Under the pieces are notes generated by a model. The model made no database searches. It was given only the letters and a program-made list of their open reading frames with translations, and was not told the DNA's origin. From Tubiluchus corallicola (taxonomy: Eukaryota; Animalia; Priapulida): a stretch of DNA of 64,000 nucleotides. The position numbers and the translations under genes were made by a program. Shown piece after piece: positions 27,171-40,600 of the stretch; the stretch's first letter is position 1; every line of letters starts with the position of its first letter. The stretch covers positions 62,001 to 126,000 of the forward strand of contig JAQGDQ010000349.1 in the NCBI GenBank assembly GCA_030141605.1, in the 5' to 3' direction.

Positions 27171-27989
27171 CTAAACAACAATGACAAACAATGACTTTTG
27201 TTGTACCTTGAACTGATATCAATTGATGAATAATATGTTGACAGGTTAATAAGCCTTTTCGCAATTTCATTTACTGCAGGTCAACGGTTAAGTGTACCAC
27301 AGCAATGCTTCTTAACTATAACTGTCACATGACATGTGGGTAAAGCAAAGCCCTCTGCCGTGCCAATTCAGTCATTTCAATTGTTTTATGTGGACGTTAC
27401 TTAATTATGCATTAGTCTGTGTGAGGAGTGATTTACTAGCAAGATCCTGCTTGGGAACAAGAAAAAATGAACTAGGTAAGGTTCAAGCTAGCTGTTAAAA
27501 CTGTTACTATTACAATAGCAAGGCCGCGAGGCATAGTTAAGTGTACGCAAATGCTACAGCTAACCTTTTTTTGAACTTTCACGATCATCATCAATCGCTG
27601 TAGCTGTGAAAATGCTTATTGCACCAAAAACAAAGATAGAGAGAAAATGAATGGAAGAAAATAAAGAGGGAGGGCGGGAGTAAAAGAGGGCGAGAAGGAG
27701 TCAATTTTAAAGAAAAGGGGAATGACATAGAAGAACACGCAAGGTTACAGCTAGAAGAGGTTTAGGGAATGAAAAAAGAGAAACTTTGTGATTTTGATTT
27801 AGCAGACAATGCTCATGAAAAATCTCCCTACCTTGGTCTGTTCACTAGATGCTTGAAATGTATATACTCCAACAATTTGCTGAAATCTTGTGCTGTGTAC
27901 CAGAACGAAAGCATTCTTTAAACCTGAAGCTAGAATCATACAAATAAAAAATGAAGTATTTATTTTGTCTACCTGTCACACAAATACTA

Positions 27990-28042
<53 letters not shown>

Positions 28043-31000
28043 GCTAAAAATGGTGCTTTATTTGGCCAATCTTGATAAAGTACTCAATGAAACATGTCTG
28101 CTGCAAGAGGTGTAGAGCAAATGACTAATAATTTAAGGCTAGCTATGTATACTTTACATGCAAATGACTCAACTTTTCTCATTTCTGACAATTTTGTGTT
28201 CACAAATATACTCATGCCTTTTTGCTTGTGTACCAAATTGCCAAAGAAATGAAACAAATTTGTATGATTTTGCACTTTATTAGAAATGCGAAATTAACAA
28301 TTAAATATAATCAGTGATGTTTCAAACGTTTTTTGTACATTAGTCCATTTACTGCTTTCCTTCCATTCTATTCCCTCTTTTTCTTCTTTGCTTTTCTTAC
28401 TTTGGCCCATTTGCACTGCAACTTGGTTTATAAAATTAAAAGCAACAAGAATGTATAGATAGTAATAGTCCAGCAACTTTCACGATCACATTGCATTTTC
28501 ACTTAATTTTTGTTTGCTAATTGGGTTATGATATTAATTTGTTAATTTTGTGAGCTTACCAAATAAACCGAATTTTTTATGACACAAAATTGCAATTTTT
28601 TTATTAAATTTTAGTCCTTGAAAAATGAGGCCCGTTTTTTTCTGGCAAACTGAGTTTATGCTTACACAGAACTGTTTTATCATACCGTGTGCATCGGCTG
28701 CATTGAGATCGCGGATTAATATTCTGTCTAATGGCAATGGCTGCTTCTGCACAACGTATGTGGGACAGTCTCCGCTCTTGTTGCCATGAGTCATTTCTGT
28801 CAACGACGTTTTCTGCAAAAAGGAATTTTCTAAAAAGGACCATTTATTCATTTAATACAAAAAATCGCCTTGAAATTTTTACGACCTACTTGTAAATTTA
28901 AACTCCAGCCCTGACAGTTACGCGCAGGTATTTTTACAGTCAATCTTTAAGTAAGAACTTTAAGCAAGTTTAAATAACATCGCTAAAGTTCGAAAAAAAA
29001 CAATCAAAGCATTCGTGGCGCTTTTGCCATTTTACCCGTTAGAAATAGACAAACAGCATTGCTGTTGCTGCCACATAGCTGCTGTAAATGTTAGAGCTTG
29101 CTGTTAGTGTGCTACTACAGTTTCAATAATAAAGCTACATCCACAGTTTTTTTGGGACTGGAACTGCAGCGGGCTGTGGCGGTAGCACTAAGAGTGCTAC
29201 TAATGCAGGTAGTCAGGGTGTGAAACTATTACATTAAAATGCAGTGCTTTTGTTTATACGTACTAGCACTTAGTATTGCGTAATGGTGCGAGTGTCACTA
29301 AACATTCTGGTAAACATGCTTTTCGTAACAAGCACGCAAAGATGTGAAACCGAGTCTGCAGCAGTTTCGTTTTTCCACATAACGCCTGCACTTTCATTTT
29401 GTAGATCAACATAAATTATGTATTTTGTATAATGTAAATCAACATTATGTATTATGTATTATGTAGATCAGTTAACTTGACAATCAACTAAATGTGGTAA
29501 AATACTCCTTCAGGAATAGTATAGCTACGTTTCTAACGTTTCTGCTACCCCCGCGCTGGTATACACTGACTTTTCTGTCCACGCGTTTTACGCCCGAGTC
29601 ACAGTTTCAGAGATTTCACAAGACAGCAGTGGGTTTTTGCGGTCTGTCAGGAAGGTAGAAATTTAGTTTGTGTTATTAATTTTACTTTTTTGAAGTTTAT
29701 ACATTTAGGTCGGATATGTGATTCCTGGCTAAGTCGCCAATCCGCTAAAAATGTCATAGAATTTCAATGTTTTCTTGTTGATCTATTGTTGTCGCACGAT
29801 GTATATATTACAATCTCCCAAAGTTATATTACATAGTTGTACAGTTGCAGTGAAGAAAAACGTTGCAAGTTGCATTTTTAATTAGGGATTTATCTTCATC
29901 CGTTGTTGCAACGTGACAATTAGTCTGAGTGTTTACAGTTTTCCAATCCAAAAATGATATTGTCGCTTGCTGTATTGCCTATTTGCCCTTTTCTTTAACT
30001 ACATAACAAAATAAAATTATTATTTACTCTAGAAAGTCCCGAATTTCGCCGCCTTTAAGGCATATTATATAGAATGCAACGATTAAAGTGCGGTCCATGC
30101 AATAGGCATGCATGCGACATAGGATTTCGTATGCGGTGCGGAATCGTGCATGGGGACCCAATGGAAACGATAAACACGGAAAGCAATGTTTTACAAAGAC
30201 TATAGTTCATTTTTTTCGCGCGACTCATCCAGAAAAATTCCGTGTTTGCACGGGTCTGTGTCAACGCAGTGGAAACACCGGGCCTATCCTTGCACTATTT
30301 CCTGCTTCCAGTTCTCTGTTCTGTGTGGACTGTTAAAAGACTAGCAACAAGAACCCTAGCAGGACTAGTTTATGCATCCTAAACATGTTTACTTTATAAG
30401 TACTATCAGTGCACTAAAGATTATTGATAAAGCATGTAGTTACTAGTTAGCGAAAAGCGGTTCATAGGTAGAGGGTGAGGTATACCTAATATAGCACACT
30501 TTTGAAAGTTGTGCTTCTCTAAGAACACGACCATTCTGCACCTACAGGGCACTTTTTCAGTTACCTATAAGTATAGTTTCAGTTGCACTGACGTTTTGTC
30601 GATACACTGACATATCACTTCTATAAGGTAATGCAAGTCGTTGTCAGATAGATGTGATCTTTCCTTGGCACTTTTTCTTGTTGCTTTATATTGATGCAGA
30701 TCCAGGAAAGAGATGGAGGAAGTTTACATTAGTTTGACAGGCATGGTTTATGTTGATGTACAGGATTGTATGCATTTGCTGGTCAGGCATAGTTTTGACT
30801 GAGGTACTGTCTAGCGTGCACTTGTTAGACGGTTATATGAGGCCCAATGGCACACGATCCTTGGGATACACGAAGAAGGATACACGTTCTTGTTGGAACA
30901 AATAAAAAAACGTAGCTTTTAGTAATATTCTCAAGGCAATGGCGATTACTTGTGCACGGGGCTGCCAACTAAAAACTCTGTGCATACAAAATGCTAACTG

Positions 31001-34000
31001 GTACAACTACGGACGATGCTTAGACAACGAGCTTTAAATATGGTGATTGTTGTGCAGGGTGATATATATTAAAAATTCTGTGCTCACAAGGTGCAGTATG
31101 CACTAAGTAGCACGTGCAATATAATCCTACAAAATGCTATAAAAGTGCAAGGTTATAAACTGAAACTGAATACAGTGCATCACATCAGAAATATTCTGGA
31201 TTATCTGTAAGTGAACATATTCTTGTGTTTGGTTCCTTGTCAATTTAACTAACAGTTATTTTAAAATTTAATCAGGAAGAACAAAAAGATTTATGAATCA
31301 AAATTTTATAATCAATTTTGATCTGTAGACAAGGTTTTGATCTAAAAAGTGTACTATCCATCTGAAAAAATCTAGGTTGAAGACTGACATTTCAGATAAT
31401 CCAGAAACGATTACGGTCTTGCCTGCTTGTGTACGTACCGTTACCTTCCGATGTAGTGACTTCTTCAACTTGGTAATTAACAACATGTCGTCAAACAGGA
31501 ACAAATTCATCTCAATGCTCTTGTTGCTGCTCTCTGGAAAATGCATTCAAGAACAATTTTGCAGCAGATTATTGGAGACCAACATTGATGGCCACAAGAT
31601 ATTTTCTATTAAGATCTATAATCAAACGAGTAGTTTGATCGCGCAGTTTTTATCAAGAAAAGAATAAAGTGAATGCTACACCATACTGTAGCCATGCTAG
31701 GAGATGCAAATCTTACAATCGCATTGGGTCAAACACTCAGGTCTTGCACAAATGCTTAGGAATAAACGGCTACACAGAGTAGAATGTCTCGACACTCAAA
31801 TTTGTCAAATTCCTACACAGCATAACTTGCCTGACAAACTTGCAACATAGGAAAAAGATGTGTGCAGACATTACAATGGTGTCAACTACATTAGATGATA
31901 AAAGTAATGCCTAGATGAAAGAACCATCTAAAACCATTTTCACAAAGGTCAGATGACTAACCTAGTTTGTTGATTGATACACATTTAGCTAACTTGACTG
32001 GGATTAACAGCAACTTACCCATCAGTAATAGCATTCCCTCGTGTATGAGATGACGTTTTGGACTAGCTAACAGTTTTTCACAGGGCTGCTTTGACAGATT
32101 TGACTTCAAGCACTGAATAAAGTGAAACATGAGTAACTACTTGAATGTGTATAGTTCACAGCACTGTTGAGCTATGAAAGTACAGCCTACAATGCAAGTT
32201 ACGGCTAAGTTTTCAAAGCATAATAGCAACTATGCCTCACAATTATGAACTTTGTTAGTCTTTAAATCTAGCAGGTAAGTCTAACATTTACAACATAGAA
32301 TCTACTAAGTAACATTTCTGATTAAATACTTAGTTATTTAACTAACCCCCCGCGAATTTGTTAAAGGTTAAAGAATACGCGCAGATTGATAATTGATAGC
32401 TGCCACAAGTTTCACAAACTGCAGCAGTTTAGGGCTGTTTATATAATTTTTAGTAGTTACAATTTATTCATTCAGTGAGTTAAAAGTATTACATATTGCA
32501 CATAAATTTGCGCACATTCTTATAAATATACAATCTACGTATGAAACAATAAAATTACAATAAAAGCACTCAAGAAAAGGAGAGGATGAAGTAAAAATTA
32601 TATCTTCCTTCCTCTTTCACTTGTCATTATTCTATTCATAAAACTAATTTTTTGACATTAATATCTACAATTATACGTTCTACATAATATTGCACATTAC
32701 ATTATAGACAAGCACACACACACATACCCTCAGGCACACGCACACGCACGCACACACAAGCATGTACGCACGCACACACGCATGCACACACACATACATC
32801 TATGTTACATAACTTCATACATGCATACATTATATATTACATTATAATATTATACTGGCAGTTTGCACCCACATAATCCTGTAACAAAATGGCAGCATCT
32901 GTCTTGAGATAAACAAGAATTTTAGTATTCTTACGTACGTCTGGTATGTACATCTTTGGTTCTAAATCTAGCACCGCAGGCCAAATAATCCTCTTCTGCA
33001 GTTCCTGTAACCGCTCAAAATCCTTTAACCACTTCATCTTGTCGTCCAAATCCCCTATATTGAAAACCAGTATGAAACAAGACAGCAGCAACTTATAATC
33101 CAACTCCATTATAAAAACATTTAACATAGAAATATAGACTTTTTCAAATTATGATGATATGTATAATGAAGTATTCCTGACTGTTGGTAACTCTGCGAAA
33201 ATGTTATTTCATTTAATGGATAATATATCACAGATACAACTGAAAAAACCGAGAACAAACTAGCTGATAATCCGTAGACTGCCAAGTGTCACCATAACTA
33301 TGGTATTTAATAGATTAGGTGAAACTAGTATACTTACTGAGTGAGTTCTCTACTTGTACTATAAGTGTCGATATCTGATCTTTTTCGGAACATTTTTGTG
33401 TATACTTTTTTATGTCTTTTAGTAGCAATGGTAGCTTCATGCACCTCTGCATTGGTGCTATGAGCAAGTCTTGTAGCTGTAGTCGGTTACAACGTTTGTC
33501 TTGACTGCACCACTGAAATAGCAAAGTTTATTTGTCAGTTGGGCATCTTAGAGGACTATTCTTGATAATGAGCTAAGTTCCAATCCCGTTACAAATATTT
33601 TCATTAAGTAGGTTCTGCTATCGAATGCCGAGCTTCTGCCTGTATAAAAACGTATTAATGAAACGTTTATCTTTCGTTTACTTATTTAATATCAAAACAT
33701 TTACCTTTATGGAACTTTTTTCTGACGAATTTGCATACAATAGCATATCGGCTAATTAATTTTATATAAATACTGTACTTACGTATTTAATTACTGTTTT
33801 TGCATAGGTTAAGCTTAAAGTCAAAAATAAAATTAACAAAAATTAAATTAAAAAACTAAATTAAAGAAATCGATCTTTCACACTCAATCATCAGCTAATT
33901 AGAAATTTATGTCGGTTGTTTCCAATACCTTTTCAAACTCGAGAAATTCCTCGTTTCGCCTGAGTAGTTCCAGGTAGTTCAGAGCGTTGATGTAGTTAAG

Positions 34001-34173
34001 ACAATACGTGTGATATGCTGCATACGTGTTACAGTTTGCTCTTGATAACTAAAAAAATCATTTGCTCAGTTAGTTCCAAGTTTCATTCATTCAGTTACTT
34101 TCACACTGAAATTCCTGTTTAATTCTTGGTTTCCTCTCTGTCTCTGTCTTTCTCTCTCCCTCCCTCCCTCCCT

Positions 34174-34217
<44 letters not shown>

Positions 34218-34596
34218 TCCCTCTCTCTCTCTCCTGTCTGTCTCACTCTCTCTCTTTCCCTCTATCTGTCCCGCCATCTCTCCTTCTCTCTTGCTCTTTC
34301 ACTCGCTCACTCACTCTTTCTCACTCGAGTGAACAAGTAACAAACTACAATAAAAGCCGTTCTAGTTTAATAAAAGATTAAGATGTAAAATGATACAAAG
34401 AAAGGCAAAACACATTAGATCTCCAAGTGATGTAACAGAGTCATTAAACTCACCTGTTTGACCGCATGAGCAAAAGAATGAGAGAGAGTGGCTAGAGAAA
34501 CCTGATGAGAGGGAAAGAAAAAGCAAGAGAGGGAGAGATAAATGGGGAAATACAGGAACAAATCGAGAGAGAGAGGGAGAGAGAGAAAGGAAGAGA

Positions 34597-34675
<79 letters not shown>

Positions 34676-37600
34676 TTCTCGAGTTGTTTATTCACAATAG
34701 TTTTGATTAAATTTATCAATTGGATGACATAATTAATGGTCGCTGTAATGCTGCAAAATTAATTAAATTTGGCACTCAGAAACTTTAGTGTAATAAAATC
34801 ACCATGAATACACTGGCAAAAACCGCTTAAGCCGTCCAGAAATTTATGCAGGCAAAAACACTATTTCCATTAATTAATAAAGCATGTACGCCTTCTTCAA
34901 GAGTTAGGCCAACTTCCTTTAGAAGTTTTTAAAGCATTCTCTAGACCCCAGTCAAGTTTGCGGTAGGTCATAATATTACATGGTATGTGGTGACATTTCC
35001 TGCTTTTACCGACAGCCGTCTCTGTCTCACCTTCCTAAAGAGCTTCACAAGGAACTCCGTATTTCCGAAATCTTGCAGATTTTCTTCCAGCTGTAGCACC
35101 GTAACGAATTCCTTACAAAATGCATAACTCACCTAAACAGATGTTAATTTTTAGACAACGCAACGACGACAGACTAAGAATAAGTCAAAGAAGATTTTAT
35201 AAACTTTCATATATATCAAGGACTACTATACAACTATGTATAGTAGTCCTTGATATATATATATATATTAAACTCTAAATACAGAATACCGTGCCACTGG
35301 CTCACTATTGCTCTTTTTATATGCAAGGAAAATCACTTACACAACACAACATGTCCAAGTTTGCAAACAGGATTTCAGGCTCAGCAAACATTAGGAAACC
35401 CTCAACTTGTACAGTCTTCAAAGGTTCCATAAATACCTAAAAGGAAAATCGTTGTTGTTTAATTAGCATGCACCAAAAGACCAAAAAAAAATAAGTTGAC
35501 TGAAAAGCAACAAGCTTTTTTGCTGTTAATGAAAAAAAAAACAGGCATCTTTAAATTCACTGGAGGTGAGGAACGCATGCACCACTAATACCATTCAATA
35601 ATAAATTTTCTACCAATAAAAGAGTACAACGGAAAGTGTGTTCCCATTGTATTGACATATTTTAGGTGCAATGTGTAAACAATAATATGAACCCAAAAAG
35701 AACGCCATTCTCGCTTTACTTTACTGGACTGAAGGTTCCAACATGCAGTACAGTTCTTTATAAGAAGGCCTTCAGTTTTTTTATGCAGTAACTTCTTTGC
35801 TGAAAGTTATTGAATTATGACAACCATAACTCCAAGGAGAACAACAGCAGTATCTTGTAATCAGCAAATATATAAGTTTACTATTAATTTTTTCCAGACC
35901 TGTTTTGATATTCATTCTTTGCAAATGGTCACTGAACTTGTTGAGTGGGACTAAAAAGAAAAAAAAGTAAAAAGAAATGTAAAATGCACTCACATGTTTT
36001 AGCACTAGTAAGTGATCATATAGAAAGACACATTCACTCCTGAACAGCTCCCACACCGCCTCTCTTCTTTTTGATTCTTTTTCGTGCAGCGAAAGGAAAT
36101 CTCTCATTGGCGAACTCTCCTCTTTTTGGCAGTTGACAATAAAGTCTGTCCAATGGGAGTCCTGCCAAGGAAAATAGTTCAGTTTTGAATGGAAGTTCAG
36201 TTAACGATTTATCAAAGAACTGTATGTCGGCGGTATTTACTGAATATAGAAAAGCATTGAGACGAATTTTAAACTTATCTAGAAATTACCATTCCAGAAT
36301 GACATCATGTATTGCTGATACATATCCTCTAGATATACTTTTCTATAAGCGCATTTTAGCAAAAATTTATCTGTTAATCCAGTTCTCTCCTCATTGGCTG
36401 TGTTAAATAACAATACTAGCATAAGTATTCCATTCAGAAACCGCATTAAAGCACACTTGAACAAAAATACTTATAGTTATAGACCCGTGTTGACATAACA
36501 GCGTACAATCTGTTCTGGACTTTGCATAATGAATATGTAATTAAAGTTTCATAGTTAATGGTATTAGTGAAATGTTGTATTCGCTACTAACAAAATAATG
36601 TATATACCAATGTAAATAGCACAACTTGCCCTATTACATTACACATTACAAGGCAATCATTGTGTGTGAATAAAAATGATATATATTACGTTCGCGATTA
36701 ATATTCGTAAAAAAAACTTTGAACATCATTAAATTTTGTATTGAAGCAGTGATCTATTTTCTTAGACAACTTGGTATTCTGTGTTGGAATTGTTTGGCAA
36801 ATCCCAGCTGTGGCAAGTCTGATGCTATTTAAACAGTTTATTCAAACAATTACTACGTCAATATTGTGGTACATATCAGATATATCGAGAAAGCTGATAC
36901 TGTACACACTTTTCAGCTTTCTTGTGTGGATGTCTAAAACAGACGTCTTCCCAAAGTCTTGCGGAAATACGTACTCTGTTAACTTTATGTGATCTACTGA
37001 CTGTGTTCAGTGTAAATTCACTCTGAAACGGTTTATTTATTAACTTGTCAGTGCAAAACAGACATAGTTTACTCAGGGAGTTAGCTGAAACAGATCGTCT
37101 AGCTAATAGCTGCTAATGTCATGATATAGCAACAATTCCGACAGTAATCATAAGGATTTTGGCTGGCTTGGCCATTAAGTGATTTCTTTAGCGTAAAACT
37201 GTGCAAAACTGTATTAAAACCTAAATAAATTCACGACATTAATGATGCAATGTAGTGAAGAAGCCAGGCGAATCCATGACACTGCTAGTCAAGGAACTAG
37301 AAAGATTAGTGACACTGAAGCCCAGATGAAATCCTAACGTTAAATATGGCAGCGTGTCAAGATTATCCATGACCATATAAAAGGCGATATTGAACAGCAT
37401 GGCTAAATCATTGGCCATGTTGCCAACAATGACAATAACAATGACATAACATCAATGTTAAAAACAAGTAGCTACAATTTAACTGAGATGCTCAACACAA
37501 ATACAGGCTTTTTGAAGAGATCGAGGCAATCTTGCTTCTGTTCACTACTTTAGTTTAGTTTAGTTTAATTTACTTTATTCCAAAATGCCATCAATAATAC

Positions 37601-40600
37601 GTTGTTACATACATTGCAGTCTACTGCAGTAGACTACAGTCTACCAATTATTACTACTACACAATAGAACAAAAATTAAATTTTCACCAGATTAGTGAAA
37701 TATCGAAGCCAGGAAGATAGACTTGTACACGCCTGAGCAGAAAGGAAAACGGAAAGAAGTAGAAAATGAAAAATAAAACAAACTAGGAGAATGATATAGC
37801 AGGACGAGGTCAAGAGTAATGACAGTGACAAGTGAATGAGATGATGGTGAAAATGAAGATTAGATTCATATGAAACTATAGGTCTAAAGAGAAGCAGATC
37901 TATCAGCTGAGTGGCTACAAAAATCAGCATGGAGTCGTGTCAGGGACAATAGCTTTAGTACTTGTTCTATACTTCTCAGTTACAACTTCTTCCTCTTCTT
38001 TATTGCTGTACGAAATATGACTAATAATGACTACAATACATTATATTAAGATGAGTTTACATTATACTGAACTAAATTGCATTTCATGCAATCATAGTCA
38101 GCACCACTGTTATTATCAGTACACAGGTCAATTAACGCTCACCTTGTACTGAGCTAATTGGTCATCCATGAAATCTGTTTGTTTCATTGTGCTAAGAAAT
38201 TCTTCTAATCCCAGTTCTTCCTTTGAACGATGCCCAGACTTATCAAACTGAAAATAACGCATAATAGTAAATTATTTAGTCAAACAAACCTTAATTTAGT
38301 TTATTTAGTTAATTTATTTAATATACACTCAGTTTATAAAATATAAAGTAGCAAAACCGAATGTTAGCAGTTGTTCTGTATAAGACGCATAGAATAAAAA
38401 GTGACAGAAATCATGTAACAACATTGGTGCCAACAACATTATTGTTATTATTCTTGTCGTTCTTGTTTTTTCTTGTTGTAGGGCCTACGCTCTTCACAAA
38501 AAGTGCAAAGGTTTCGCATTGGGAGCGATCAGATTATATTCAGATCTGGTAAGCTTGTACGCTGGTAGAACTACAAATACGCTAATGGAGAGCTTTTTGG
38601 AATTACTTAATTAAAGGATTTTTTTGAGGGTAAGTAACTCCCGAAAGTACCCGTGCTACTTCTCTGTCATTGTGAAATTGAATGGGGATTACGATACTGA
38701 CGTACAGAGCACGAATTTCAATTTACCGCCATGGAGGTAGGGTTTGGAGGGGATATATCCCGAAAGTTTCAGCATCAAGCATAGGAAACTGGCCACTTAA
38801 ACGGAACCGCGCCGAGCATTTGAAGAATACGGGAAATAGAAAAATAATTCATGTACTTCATAAAATAACATGCAACAGACAATAAGAACATGTCTTATTT
38901 GTTTTTGCTTAATTTTAGTTTACAATTATATAAGCTAAATAATTACGATTATAAAATCTTGAATCTATCTTGAAATCACCAGTCTGTTAGTTAGTTGAGT
39001 TGCAATTTTATAGCTAAAATAAAAAATGTGATAAACACAACAATATCTACAGCAAACCCTAGCGACTCTGTTGTGCCAGACAAGTTTAAACTCGTCTAGA
39101 CTCTGGTAGATATGGGTTCGAAAACTAGTTTGTCACATTTTTTTCCAGCCTTGTATCTCTGCCGCTGTCATATTTTAAAGAAATTAAGCCCAGTTAAAGC
39201 GTATTAGAACTGTCTGCGCCCGAAATTATTGCGCAATTTTGTAATGCGGCATTTTTATCCGCAATTCACCAAAGGCTTTTAAATGGTAACTTATCAAGCT
39301 AAATGTGAAATCTATTTCAGGCAGAGGACATTAAGCTTTGCATATAAAGTATGATGCATAAAATATGCCCAGTGAAAACTCAATGCACGTATAATTTCCT
39401 CTTTGTAAATTGCTTGATTGAAACTTACAATGAATTGTTGTATCAGAACGAGCAGAAGAGTGAGTGAATGAATGATGAGCAAATAAGCTAACGAACGAGT
39501 GAGCGAGTGAGCAACCGAGATGTGTAAACAAACAGTTGAAAAACGGGCGAATGCGTTACCCAATTTCAATGAAACGTAATCATTGAAACTTAGCTTCTAA
39601 CATTTTCACTTAATTCTAATATAAAGCGACTAACTACAATACAAAATAATTGTGCATATGGTATATAATTATGCGTATGCTTTATCCATTGTCAATAATG
39701 AAGTTGTCTAACATATATAGCTTTTATCTACTAACAAACACGGACTATTATGGAAATAATAGCTTTTAAAACAATTTGTAATGTATCCTTGTAAAAAAAA
39801 TTCATATTTTTACTCTTATTATCCTTATGCCAGTCTGTTCTCCAAAGCCTTTTCCCCAAATTTCAATTTCAAAAAAAGTAAATAACTAGGAGATTATCTT
39901 ACTAGGAGTTTACATATAGACGGCTGCAGCTCCAATAGCTGTGGGATTCTCGACCATCTGAATAACATCCGAATTATCTCCCATTGATGACTGTATTTTA
40001 ACCGAGAGCGGAACAAAAGCTAACACTGCCAAGAGCAGAATTCTTTCATAAATGGCCAAAACTGAGAGACTGGAAGGTACTTGTCATTTCGTTAAGATAA
40101 ATTGCCTCCCAAAAGGCTGAAATTTTCCCTCAGTCTTATTGAGAGATCTAGAAAGTTATAAAGCAGACGAAGCCTTGTGGGAGCAGTTTTTGACGTCGAC
40201 CCCCATCCATTCACTAGTCTCTTTATGTATCGCTTGCCTACGGCGCCTAAACAGAAACCTTGACCACTGGACTTTCTCCTCGTCCTAATGCCTTCTTTCA
40301 GTCTTCTCTTCCTGCTATAATTGGTCTTTCAGTGTTTACAACACCAAACGAAAATTGTTTTATACTAACTCGTAATCTCACCATTGGAGCATAATCAAGC
40401 GTCGAGATCTAAAAGTAGCTTACTAAGTGAAACCGAATTCTTAGTTCATGTTCCCTCCTAGGTCTGCTCTTTTTCATGCTGTTTGTTCCCAGCTCCATTC
40501 AGCGCAAATTAATCAAGTGGTCCCCTATACATTAGTGTCATAACAATACCTGCCCAGGGAACTAATCAGCCTGCAATGTGAGCTCTGCATAACAGAAGCC

